Shown one piece after another: positions 1-12,062 of a stretch of DNA of 64,000 nucleotides. Made by a program: the position numbers and the translations under genes. The number at the start of each line of letters is the position of its first letter. Position 1 is the stretch's first letter. The notes beneath the pieces are model-generated. The model saw only the letters and a list, made by a program, of their open reading frames with translations. It was not told the origin of the DNA and searched no databases. Origin of the DNA: Anolis carolinensis (taxonomy: Eukaryota); NCBI RefSeq assembly GCF_035594765.1, contig NC_085846.1, forward strand, positions 95,219,190 to 95,283,189. The letters run 5' to 3'.

Positions 1-619
1 AAAGTATGCAACTCACTGAGCAAATTACAGCTGCCAACAAAACACAAGAACTTCACAGAACAGAAGCCTATTGTACCCTGCACTTTATCTTTAAAAATTC
101 TAATTGGGCAACCCTAGGAGAAACTAAAATACACAAGCCAAAAACTTGCATAGTTTTCCTCCCTAGAGGAGGAAACTGATGACAGAGGGGGAGAGGTCTG
201 AATCCCAGAGGCAATTTCAATTCATCTTCAGGTTCTGGGGGTGTACATCTACAGCTGAGTTTCCCAGTGGCAATTTGGCACGAGTCAGCAGTTGGTAAAA
301 TAACAAGCATCAAGAAGGCTAATTACTTCTTCTAGATTTACAATGGCAAATGGAATGACAAGGAGTTCCAGCTTATCTACCAGGATCTGGGAAGGAGTGG
401 GTGAAACTGCATTCTTTCCTTTGCTAGTCTGAATTGCACGACAACATATTTATTTCCCGCAGTTGAAAGTACAGGGTTCAAAGCGCCTCATATATCTTTT
501 CGTTCTGATATTTACACATCAAGGAGGAAATGAAAAGAAAATAAAGTATGGATAAAAAAATGGAAGAAAGGGGAAATGATATGGTATAGTAAAATGCTAA
601 GAAATTACAAAGAAAAGAC

Positions 620-1470
620 AGCAACACTCAATACCTATGCTGAGTCAAAGTTTTTCCCAAAAAAAGAACTGTGTGCTTTCACGCAGCAGCAAAGAGATCA
701 AGATTCAAATCAAATTTGATAAGGAATTAGTCAGGAATTACCTAACTAATATGAATGATTTCAGATCTGAAGGGCCAGATAAATTGCATTACCAAAGGAA
801 GGAATTTGCTGTTGTACTCTCTGAAACCCTTTCCATCGGTTTTGAGGATCAAATGAAATACTAAAGGACTGGAGAAAGGGACATGATGGGGATACATGGC
901 TTAGGAGTAATACATGAAAAAGGACCTTGGGATGATTGTGGACTATAAATTGAAGATACATCAGGAGCATAATGCTTTAGCAAAGAAGGCAAATGCCATT
1001 TTGGCCTGCAGTAATGGAAGCATATTTTCCAACTCAAGAAAAGTAATAGTCTCTCTATATTCTGTCCTGGTCAGGTATCTTCTGGACTACAGGACATTGG
1101 CATCACATTTTAAGGGTATAGACAGGTTGGAGCAGGTTCAAAGAAGAGCAATAAGGATGACAAAAGATTGAAGGAGGTGGGCTTTTTAAAGCTTGGTGAA
1201 GGAAAGACTAAGGGCTGGCATGGTTGAACTCTTTAAATACCTTAAGGGCAGACACAAAGAGGCTTGGGTGAACATTATTACAAGGATGTCCTTGACAGTA
1301 AGAGTGGTCCAGCAATGGAACCGATTGCCCAGAGATGTGCTGCAGTTTCCTTCTTTGGACACCTTCAGAAAGAGGCTGGATAGCTATCTCCTGGGGATGC
1401 CCTGGCTGGAGAGGGAGCTGGACTCAATGACCCATAACCACCCATCTAACTTGATGATTCTGTGAAGACG
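620..1470 (+). mobile_element. Old CR1 LINE fragment (degenerate ORF2 and 3' end)
   Basis: ORFs give CR1-like peptides (RSEGPDKLH, KKDLGMIVD, AKKANAILAC, LEQVQRRA, RVVQQWNRLPR) broken by stops and deletions; ends near GATTCTGTGA. Confidence 0.85.
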
Positions 1471-1963
1471 ATTCTATCAAAACAACATTACAGGGACAGA
1501 GATTTCTCCTAGCAGTAAAACTCGCTCAGCAGTCAGGAAAAAAGTAAAGCATTACGGTACCAATTTCCCCAAACTGTCACTAGTAGGAAAGCCAATAAAA
1601 GACATCCAGCTCACTTCTTTTTATATCAGAAATTAGCTCTTTTACCGTTGTAAAATGCCTGTTGTTTTATAATTACTATAAGAACCAAGAGAGAAAGATA
1701 ACAAATAGCAATAATGTTCTAAAGATGCTGCAAATGGCTTAACAACCATCTCTGGAATTAAAAATAGAGATAACTAAAATTGAGCCAAAACACATGGACA
1801 GACATGTAAATGGTCTAGTAATTCTGAAACCATCAGGGGGAAATTTTGGGGTTCCTGACCCTCACAATTTTTTCCCAGAAAAAATACTGACATTTTGAGG
1901 GGAAAATGGGAAAATGCAGTATTAGAACACTTTAGAGACTAAAATTTCACTCTGTTACTTTAA

Positions 1964-2103
1964 TAAAGGTTTTCCCCTGACATTACGTCTAGTTGTGTCT
2001 GACTCTAGGGGCTGGTGCTCATCTCCATTTCTAAGCCAAAGAGCCGGCATTGTCCGTAGACACCTCCAAGGACACGTGGCCGGCATGACTGCATAGAGTG
2101 CCG
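1964..2103 (-). mobile_element. Sauria SINE, 3' fragment
   Basis: Reverse complement of the tail ...GGCTTAGAAATGGAGATGAGCACC...GGGGAAAACCTTTA. Confidence 0.9.
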
Positions 2104-2759
2104 CACAGAAAGTGTACAGTATTAGATATAAAGTTCAGTTTGCAATAACATGATAATTTGTATTATAACAATCTAGTTCATTTAGAAAAAAATTAAAAAT
2201 TGGCTTTATTCTTTAATGTTTTACTTGGTATCAGTAGAACCACACAGTCCTGAACTGTAAAGAACACTTAAACTGTAAATGACATTTCGAGGTTTGCTCG
2301 TTCATTAAGAGCAAGGGTAAAAAGAACAGAAAAAGAAACAACGGATATTAGCAAAACACTTTGGTTTCCCTAATTTTGCCCAACTTCATCAGACTCATTA
2401 CCATAAAAGATATCCCTGGATCTTGGGTTTCTTTCCTCAGGTTTTTATGGCTTATCCTATCCATTTATTTATAGTCATATTTGTGATCAATGAAGGTTGT
2501 TGTTTCTGGTCTCGGTGGAATCTGCTCTGGGTTTAAATCTGAACTTTAAAGGGAATATTTAGGATGTTGCACCATATCCACAAAATAGGATCCATTTTTG
2601 GATCGCTACTTTAAAATCTGAACTAAAAATGCAGTAAACACACTGACATTAAAGCCACCAACCTCCACTGACATGTATGTAAAAAAACACTCCAAAAAAA
2701 CTTTAGAAAATTCAATATAACACAGTTATCTAAGTAATACAGTGATATATCAACACTAA

Positions 2760-2876
2760 TGATATTTAATACTGTTTTAATATTTGTATATTTTAAATTG
2801 TATTGTAATGCTTTTAATGTTAGCTGCTTTGAGTCTCCTTGTGGAGAGAAAACGTGGGATATAAATAAACATAAAC

Positions 2877-2929
<53 letters not shown>
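2760..2929 (+). mobile_element. L2-type 3' tail ending in an (AAT)n microsatellite
   Basis: TGTTAGCTGCTTTGAGTCTCC...GGGATATAAATAAA followed by a long (AAT)n run at ~2877-2929. Confidence 0.7.
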
Positions 2930-2931
<2 letters not shown>

Positions 2932-2999
2932 GATCCTAAAATTCAACACTACTTGCAGCAAAAGTAATACAACTGAATTTCATACAACAAAAAATATCA

Positions 3000-3134
<135 letters not shown>

Positions 3135-3229
3135 TCACTAAATAAGCACTGGCGTTTACAAAACACAAAATCCAGTGGGATCAGTTTCTTCAAATATTAA
3201 CATACATAATGCTGAAATACACACTAACA

Positions 3230-4080
3230 GGAGGACAAGACCCTGGCACAAACCCAGGTATTAACTCTGTCCCCAGATTTGTCTTGGAAGCAATATTACA
3301 CGGGTCAATAACATCACCCACAACATCAAGGGTGTGCTATCCTTGAACATTTACAAAGGAAGACTGGAAAAAGAAACAGCTGAATTGAATTATATTCACA
3401 AATTCCAGACCATTAGTAGAATGTGAATGAAGACAATAGCTTCATGGCACAGATATATTAGCACAAGAGGCCTGGCTACTGCACATTAAGGAACGTTCTC
3501 ATAGTTTTGTTCCCAGGGAAACTGACTTTTAATAAGTTGATTTATTGTTTTCAGATATCAGTGCTAACTAAACACTATAATGATCTGAAAAACATTGAAA
3601 TTTTAAGGCAAAGAATCTTTTAGGATTCTATTACATTCTATCCCACTATCACAACTGCATCAATACATTATATCGGTAAAGGTAAAGGTTTTCCTTGACA
3701 TTAAGTCTAGATGTGTCCGACTCTGGGGTGGGGGTGCTCATCTCTTTTTCTAAGCTGAAGAGCCAGCGTTGTCCGTAGACGCCTCCTAGGTCATGTGGCC
3801 GACATGACTGCATGGAACACCATTACCTTCCCATCGAAGCAGTACCTATTGATCTACTCACATTTGCATGTTTCGAACTGCTAGATTGGCAGAAGCTGGG
3901 GCTAACAGCAGGAGCTCACCCCACTCCCCAGTTTCAAACTGCCAACCTTTTGGTCAGCATGTTTAGCAGCTTGGAGGTTTAATCCTTCAATATACTGTAT
4001 AGCCTGAGACTATAATATCACTCTGTGCTCCATCTGAAGAAGTGGTTTTTATATCCACAAAAGCTCATGCTACAAGAAGC
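3230..4080 (+). mobile_element. Old Penelope-like element 3' remnant, interrupted by a Sauria SINE
   Basis: GIY-YIG C-terminal-like peptide YKGRLEKETAELNYIHKFQT at ~3350-3410; degenerate hammerhead-like motif at 4031-4069. Confidence 0.55.
3675..3985 (-). mobile_element. Sauria SINE, near full length
   Basis: (ACCTTT)n tail, core CTAGCAGTTCGAAACATGCAAATGTGAGTAGATCAATAGG and tRNA-like head. Confidence 0.92.
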
Positions 4081-5354
4081 ACACATCAGACTCAAAAGTG
4101 CTGGCACAATCCTTTTTTCCTCCCGTTCCTTTCTCCTTTGTACACCAAAAGACGTAGCACTTAATGGTAACAGAGTTGCATTCAGACATTCGGGACACAA
4201 ACAGCAATATGCTGAAGAGTGACTTATTTATTTATTTATTTATTTCCAACATTTGTATCCCACCTTTCTCACCCAAAGGGACTCAGGGCGGCTTACAACA
4301 ATGGCAACAATTCAATGCCCACATAAAAACAATACATAAAATACATAAAATAAATTAACACTATTAAATACAATATAAAATTACAATGTATAAATTTAAA
4401 ACATTTGATCAGATCCGAAGAAGCCGCTAATTGATCACCAACATCAAGATCCAAAGTTTACTTTGGCTTGTAATACAATAAGACAAACACTACATAGAAA
4501 TCTTATCCCTACAGTCAACATTTCAGTTCCTCTATATCTGTTCACATTCTACAAGGCACACAATTCTCTTTTTTAAAAAAATAAATTTTATTGAATATTA
4601 CATACATAAAATAGCTTAAAAAGAAAAACCACCTTAGTGGATTGGAGGGGAAGGGAAACACAATTCTCTTGATATAACTTGTGCTACTCTTGATTTCTGA
4701 TATCTTGCTATTTTAACAGCATTATAGTCCCAATGCAGATATTCAGTCTCTTGACCTTTTCTTGAGGCACAGATATATGAATGAAAATTCCACCCCAAAC
4801 ACAAATCTCCAAATCTGGGTCTTTTTCTTTTCTTTTTTTTTTGCCCAATCTGATTGAACACTGCCACAGATTTACAGCTCATAATGATCTGTACCAAGAT
4901 CATTTATCGGTTTTAGAAAGCTGGTATAAAGAAAAGTGTAATGGCCTCATCATGACTAGTCCCAGAAGCAATTGAAAGGTCCTCTTTCCACCCCAAGACT
5001 CTCTCAACATCCCAACTGTCTCCGCCCTGGCCATGGAGGAAAAGAAGAATAGGCAGCATCTGGGCTGGATTTGGACCTCTGGCACGCTGGCAAAACAGAA
5101 TCCCAAGAAGCCATCGCATGAAGCACAACCACTTCTGGCGTCCACACGTAGGAATCCATCGTGCTAGTTGTGGGATGACTGGCCATCCCTGAAGACGTGC
5201 CTTGACAGGAGAAAATGGAGTAAGACTGTTTCCCTATTCTTCCCAATGCTTTCCCCCACTTCCCTCCTGCCCATCTGATAAAGTCCTTGGTCTCTTCTCC
5301 AACTGCCATTCCCTTTTTTTGTGGGCCCTGTTTTATTTAAATTATAAGCCTGAT

Positions 5355-5516
5355 GGCAGAGGTGTGGTGGAGGCTCCTTCTTTGGAGACTTTTAAACAGA
5401 GATTGGATGGCCATCTGTCAGGGATGCTTTGAATGCGGTTTCCTTGCTTCTTGGCAGGAGGTTGGACTGGATAGCCCACAAGGTCTCTTCCAACTCTATG
5501 ATTCTATGATTCTATG
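5355..5516 (+). mobile_element. CR1 LINE 3' end
   Basis: [22 protein letters not shown] then 3' UTR ending in (ATTCTATG)n. Confidence 0.9.
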
Positions 5517-8251
5517 GCTGTCAAATTAAGTTTGTACACCATGCTGAAAACCTTTTGTGGCTGAAGAGTGGGATATAAATACTTTAAACAAACATACAAA
5601 TAAATAATACATAAAATTAATCTTTTACATATTTTCATCTTACTAAAAGCAAGAGTAAAAAATATTCCTGCAAAATTCAGAAAAGCTACTTGTTTGGACT
5701 ACAACTCCCAGAATCTTTCAGTCACCATGGCTGGGAAATCTAGGCATTAATAATCCAAAGAAATAATTTTTCCAGTCTCTGAAATTCTGAAGAAGATGTT
5801 GAGTGTCTAGTTGGTGTCGAAAACTCTTCAAACTGCCTTTGAGTGTTAAGAGCTGCAAAGTAAGTCGGAGGGAGTACTAGATAAGCAGTATGCTTCTACA
5901 GAGAAAAGACTGTAGGAAATTCTCAGCTTCATGCAGATAATACACGTCAACCAGTGAAGACTTTTCAGCAATCCCAGGGAGGAGCCCATTGTTTCTTCCA
6001 TCGGCAACAGACTTCATGTTATTCAGAACTATACTTACATTATATCTGCTAAGGGATTCTTAGAAACATGTGTCCATTCTAATCAGAACCAAAATATTCA
6101 ATTCAATAAAGCTAAATTTGACCTCTGTTGAGAGATCTAGTAAGTCACCGTTAGGTGGAGTGAAAGCACTAGTGTAAACAAAAAACCTCCTTCAGTAACC
6201 TAATTTGAGTCTGGCATGCTAAAAGCATGGACAGACTTGCGGGCACAAATGAGATACTTGTATTTTCTTCCTTTGTTTACGTGCAGTGGGAAGGCTTTAG
6301 TTATCAGCTCCTATGACAGAATGGAGAACTACTGCATAGCATTGCAAATACTGTAAGGCTTGTTTTGATTGAAATAATTTTGAGAGTCAGATTTCCTCCA
6401 TGGGGTGCTTGAGCAAATCTTACTTGAGGAAATCTCTGTAGCCAGGATATGGCTCAAGAACTAGTTTTGTTACTTCGTTTAATGTTTGTCAGAATCAGAA
6501 AATGGCATACACTCAATACTATGGAATCATGACAGATGTTGGCTCTTTAACCTTCTCTGATAAAGAGTGCGGGTGGCTCACCAAACTACAAATCCCAAGG
6601 TTCTACAACATTGAGCCATAGCGGATAATGTGATTTCTACAGTGTACATACACCTGAAGACTGCACATTTCACTCATCCCAACAAGGATCACCTTGCCAC
6701 TTCTACAAAAGAGAGCAATCATTTTATCAATCAATTAAAATGTATTCCTTCTCATTCTGAAGTTTTACAGTATTACTAGGGTCTATTGCAAATACAGCTG
6801 GTGCCCATTCCTCCCACTCTGTAGCATTTTCAGCCTGGTAGAAGGAAAAATCCTCTCTTCACAATGGTTGCTCATTGGCCATTACTATGTTTCAATGGGG
6901 TTAGAAGTTCCTGCAGGATTTGAAATCTCACAGGAGCTCCAACTCTCCAAAAAAATTTTCTCATGCATGACTTGAGGTGGTCCTTATCTAGGCCTGTCTC
7001 ACATGTACCATTTTGGATTGCCATATATCTTCATCCTGCACCTTTTTTTTGTGGAGAGCAGGCTGAAGATGAAAAGGAGGGTCTGGAGAACTTTAAAGAC
7101 TTACAAAATAATCTACAACTACAGTTCATCCTAGTAGGGGTACGGTCGGCCTGGATTTTGTCTTAAAGCAAAAATGAATGCTATTGACATGAGACAGCTG
7201 CAAACTCTTAAAAAACAAATGCCCTGGGCAGAAAGCCATTCTCGCAATATGGACTTTAATAAGGGAAAGCGGCATCATGTTCTCCCTAGAAACCATTTTT
7301 GTTGTATTGAAATACACTGTTTTTTGGCACTCAGAGCCTAACTATACAGTCTGCATGGGGTAGACACCTTCCCAAAGGCAGGAAAATGGCACTTGCCCTT
7401 GAAGCTTAAAAGCACTGATTCATTTGCCATAAAATGATTTGCATTTCAATGACGACAAGTCAAATGAAATTTCTATGTTTGCTTGCATTTTGAATAGCAC
7501 TAATTGATAGTGAGACCACCCCGAATGCCTGCTGACTCCTAAAAAGGGAAGGCAGAGATATATATGTGTGTGTGGAGTCAATGCACTACAGATATAGATA
7601 TACAGACATAGATATAGATGATGAATTGGCTCTAAAACAATTCCAATTCCATAGACAAACATTTTGGAGAGGCTTATTTTCACCTAAGGCTAAACCAAGT
7701 AATGAATGTGGATGGGAACACAGTAGAACAGCCGGCTCCTATTAATACATTTTTATAAAATTCCATTAACTAAATAAGTGGTTAGTGCTTCTCAGAGCTT
7801 CTCAGAGCTCCCATTGTCTTTGTACTTGCTTGCCAGAACACTAGAAAGCTAAAACAATTTTACTTCTAACTGTGTGAGGAGAGTGGAATTTGGTGAAATC
7901 ATACCCTGCAACATTTCACAGATGGGTTGCTGTGAGTTTTCTGGGCTGTATGACCATGTTCCAGAAACATTCTCTCCTGACATTTCATCCACATCTATGG
8001 CAGGCATCCTCAGAGGTTGTGAAGTATTGGAAACTAAGCGAGTGGGGTTTATATATCTGCAAAATGTTCAGATTGGGAGAAAGAACTCTTGTCTGCCTGG
8101 GGCAAGTGTGAATGTTTCAAATGACCAGCTTGATTAGCACTGAATGGCCTTGCAGCTTCAAAACTTGGCTGTTTCCTGCCTGGAGGAATCCTTTGTTGGG
8201 AGGTGCTAAGTGGCCCTGATTGTTTCTTGTCTGGAAACCCCACTTGCCTAG

Positions 8252-8535
8252 TTTTTTTTTTTTTAAATGTCAGGAGCAACTTGAGAAACTACAAGTCGCT
8301 TCTGGTGTGAGAGAATTGGCCGCCTGCAAGGACGTTGCCCAGGGGACACCAGGATGTTTTTGATGTTTTTACCATCCTTGTCGGAGGCTTCTCTCATGTC
8401 CCCGCATGGAGCTGGAGCTGATAGAGGGAGCTCATCCGAACACTCCCTGGGTTGGATTCGAACCTGGCAGCCTTCAGGTCAGCAACCCAACCTTCGAGTC
8501 ACAAGGCTTTAACCCATTGTGCCACTGGGGGCTCC
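8252..8535 (-). mobile_element. A-tailed tRNA-head SINE nested in the Penelope element
   Basis: Head GGAGCCCCCAGTGGCACAATGGGTTAAAG, poly-A tail and CTAGTTT duplication; homologous to 21431-21718 and 60803-61068. Confidence 0.88.
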
Positions 8536-8555
8536 TAGTTTCCTAGTTTCCAACA

Positions 8556-8608
8556 CCTCACAACCTCTGAGGATGCCTGCCATAGACGTGGGCGAAACGT
8601 CGGGAGAG
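8556..8608 (+). ncRNA. Penelope-type minimal hammerhead ribozyme motif (intact core, antisense to ADAM22)
   Basis: CCT-CTGAGGA-T-GCCTGC[catagac]GTGGGC-GAAAC-GTC-GGG. Confidence 0.7.
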
Positions 8609-9364
8609 AATGCTTCTGGAACATTGCCATACAACCCGGAAAACTGACAGCAATCCAGTGATTCCAGCCATGAAAACCTTTGAAAACACATTTCACAGAT
8701 GAAAAATGGAACACATATGGTTCAGCAAAATCAGAAGGTGCTCAAGATGACAACAGTTACTAAGGAAGAAGTACAGTTAGGTTGGGAAAGGCTGCTGAAA
8801 TTTGCTTTTCCTGAATCTATTGGAAATGCAAGATTACACCCCCTTCCCTTCTTTCTCTCTAACTTAACAATTAGAGAGAACAGTTAACAGTTTAAAACTA
8901 CTTTCTCACTTTGAAATGAGTTGGCAGCAATTGAAATAGACTGAAAATAAAGGTGAAATTAGGAGGAAGAGTACAAAACCAGACATTTAAGTGGGAAAAG
9001 TAGGACGAGAGAGAATTAATTGGGACTATCCCTGTCAAATCTGGACAATTGGGAGGTATGTGAAAGTTGAGGATCTAGTGACAAGGATCTTGTAGGTACA
9101 GTCCTGACCAACCTACAACTTGGCTCTGATGTGAGATGAAATCTTTCAAGTTCTTGTCAGTGGCTGCTGGCCCATGAAATTTCTCCCTATGCAATTTAGA
9201 AAAGTAGCCCGTTGTTGTTGTTGTGTGCCTTCAAGTCATCTCACTCTATGGCAATCCTAAGGCAAACATATTCTGGCATTTTCTTATCAAGTTGTCTAAG
9301 GCCACTTCTACACCGTCCTTATATCTCAGGATCTGATCCCAGATTATCTGCTTATCCCAGATTA

Positions 9365-10662
9365 CTTGAAAAACAAGCCCTGGAAATGGCAACAAAAAAG
9401 CCCACTATATGGTTCAGATATGTGAATGACACCTTCACCATTTGGAGCAATTAAGGAGAAAAGCTAAATAAGTTCCTGGACCACCTTAACAGCATCCACC
9501 CAAACATCCAATTCACCATGGAAAAAGAAAACGAAGGAAAACTGCCATTGTAGATGTTCTAGTCATCTGCAAACCCAATCAACAATTGGACCACACCGTT
9601 TACAGAAAGCCTACACACACGGATAGATACCTACATAAAATCTCCAACCATCACCCAAGTAAAAAAGCATAATAAAAGCCTTGGCAGACCATGCAAAAAG
9701 AATGTGTGAACCTCCTCCAAGGTGAACTAAACCACCTAAACTGGGCTCTACAGGCCAATGGAGACTCCACCACAAACATCAGATGAGTTGCAAGACCAAG
9801 AACAAGCCACAAGGGTAAAGACAAAGATCCACCCAGAGGAAAAGTGTTCTTACCATACATCAAGGGAACCACTGACCGCTTAGGGAAGCTGATGAAGAAA
9901 CACAACCTACAAACGATCTACAGACAAATACTGTGTTCAGCAAAGGGCAAGAGGGATCCTCTCAGCTCTACGGGAGTCTACTGTATGCCATGCAGCTGTG
10001 GACAAGTCTACAAAGGGGCCACCAATAAAGCATTGCCCAAACACGAATCAAGGAACACGAAAAGCACTGCAGACTAACTCAACCAGAGAAGTCAGCCATA
10101 GCAGAGCACTTGATGAACCAACCTGGACACAGCATATATTATTTGAAACACAGAAATACTGAGCCATTCAACCAACCACCATGTCAGACTACACAGAGAA
10201 GCCATTGAAATCCACAGGAATGTGGAAATTTTCAACAGAAAGCAGGAAACAATAAAAATGAACAAAATCTGGCTACCAATATTAAAAAACTCTAAAATCA
10301 GGACAGTAAATAAAGAGCAACACTACAAAAAAAAAAAACAACAGAGGTATTCCAGACAGGAAACAATCAGGCCAACTAACACCTCCCAACAAAGGATTCC
10401 CCCAGGCAGGAAGCAGCCAGTCTTTGAGGCTGCAAGGCCATTCAGTACTAATCAAGGTGGCCAATGGCAACATTCACACTTGCACTCTGGACATTCCACA
10501 GATATATAAACCTCACTTGCCTAGTTTCCAACAGACCTCTGAGGATGCCTGCCATACATGTGGGTGAAATGTCAGGAGAGACTGCTTCTGGAACATGGCC
10601 ATACAGCCTGGGAAACTCACAGCAACCTAGTGATTCCAGTCATGAAAGCCTTCAACAACACA
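9365..10662 (+). mobile_element. 5'-truncated Penelope-like retroelement (RT and GIY-YIG endonuclease pseudo-ORF, 3' pLTR)
   Basis: RT motif WFRYVNDTF, FLPYIKGTTDRLGK and GIY-YIG motif GVYCMPCSCGQVYKG, with stops and frameshifts; terminal repeat carries a hammerhead motif at ~10536-10580. Confidence 0.92.
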
Positions 10663-11336
10663 TTTTTTTAATTTTCATGTCTAGAATTAAGGTTGTAATG
10701 CTACTCCAGGTTTCATTATGTTTTTAATAACGATAATTTGACTAGATTTATCCATGTTACAGCTAGCTTACTCTGTAAGCCATCTTAAGTTCCAATTGCG
10801 GGAGGTGGGGGGAATGGCATATAAATAAAATGAGAAATTATGACAGCCGTAGAATCCTAAAGCTGCTAAGTCTATGGGAAACTGTGGTGATAACACACCT
10901 ATCAACAAAAACAAAAGCAACAACAACAATGCAACACCTGTGCTATGATATATGTGAAACATAAGCTCAGGCACAGAGATAAAACACTTGGAACATGAAA
11001 GAGAGTACAGTGCATTTCAGTTCCAAACAGTACTTTATGGAAAACATGTGTGCACTTGAATTTTGCCCACAAAGTTGTAATAAATGCTAGCATTATCCAG
11101 AGCATCTTCATATTTGAATTCCTGCTTCAAACCATATGGTGGCAAAGAGAAATCCTCTGGGAAACTTTATTACATTTAATACAGGGACTGAAAGAAAGAG
11201 AGCGGGTGTAGAAGAGTATCAGATTTGTTTATTATTACACTGCCTCTGAATTTATTTCATGTCTTGGCCATGCTGTATGTTGCAAATTTCAAATAACGTA
11301 TAGCAAGAAAAGAAATCAAGAAATAAAAAGTATATT

Positions 11337-11554
11337 CAGTGGACGCTAAGTATCCACTGGAGTTCAGTTCTATGCTCTCCCATGGATATTAAAATCCATG
11401 GAGGCTCAAATCCCATTATATACAATGGCATAGTAAAATGATGTCATGCTTATAAAATAGTAAAATTTTGATTTTTGATTTTTTTAAAAAAATATTTTCA
11501 AGTTGTAGATGGTGGGATCTGTGGATATGGAACCCATAGAGTCAGAGAGCTGAC
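11337..11554. mobile_element. MER2/Tigger-like non-autonomous element
   Basis: CAGTGG..TATCC start, AAAATCCATGGAGGCTCAA and GGATATGGAACCCA..CTGACTA end; resembles the recalled MER2-type consensus. Confidence 0.6.
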
Positions 11555-11555
<1 letters not shown>

Positions 11556-11605
<50 letters not shown>

Positions 11606-11700
11606 TATAATAAGGGTATAAAATTTTTATTTTATTTTTATACCCTGCCCCATCTCCCCGAGGGGACACGGAGCGGCTTACATGGGGCCAAGCCCAGGCA
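11556..11700 (-). repeat. (AAT)n microsatellite and L2-type tail
   Basis: (AAT)n at ~11556-11600, then the reverse complement of GTAAGCCGCTCCGTGTCCCC...GGGGCAGGGTATAAAAATAAA. Confidence 0.7.
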
Positions 11701-11913
11701 ATAAGCAATATTAAACTCAGCAATAATATATAACATATAATAATATATATTTTTGTGGCACAAATCCGATTGCCAATCCCAGCTATAGTCAACTCACTGA
11801 ATAAATGGGATTTCCACGAGTACTGACAGAACCATTCACCAATTGATTCAGTAGATCAACTCAGTAGATCAACCCAAAACTGGGATTAATTCTAGTTCTG
11901 GGAAGGAGGCTAA

Positions 11914-12062
11914 GGCTGGATCTATACTGCCCTATAACCCAGGATCGGATCCCAGATTATCTGCTTTGAACTGAATTATATGAATCTACACTGCCAGATA
12001 ATCTGGGATAAGCAGATAATCTGAGATCAAATCCTGGGATATAGGGCAGTGTAGCTCCAGCC
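11914..12062. mobile_element. Palindromic PIF/Harbinger-type MITE
   Basis: TIRs GGCTGGATCTATACTGCCCTATA / TATAGGGCAGTGTAGCTCCAGCC; TAA on both sides. Confidence 0.85.

Larger units (their letters stand above)
7925..8687. mobile_element. Fold-back Penelope-derived element (minus arm plus plus arm) with 14-bp TSD
   Basis: Minus arm ~7925-8236, plus arm ~8237-8687; TSD ACATTTCACAGATG at 7911-7924 and 8688-8701. Confidence 0.88.

Noticed and set aside
2623-2961. Poly-Tyr ORFs (also 11484-11792 and 41079-41288)
   Set aside because: They are translations of (AAT)n/(TTA)n microsatellites.
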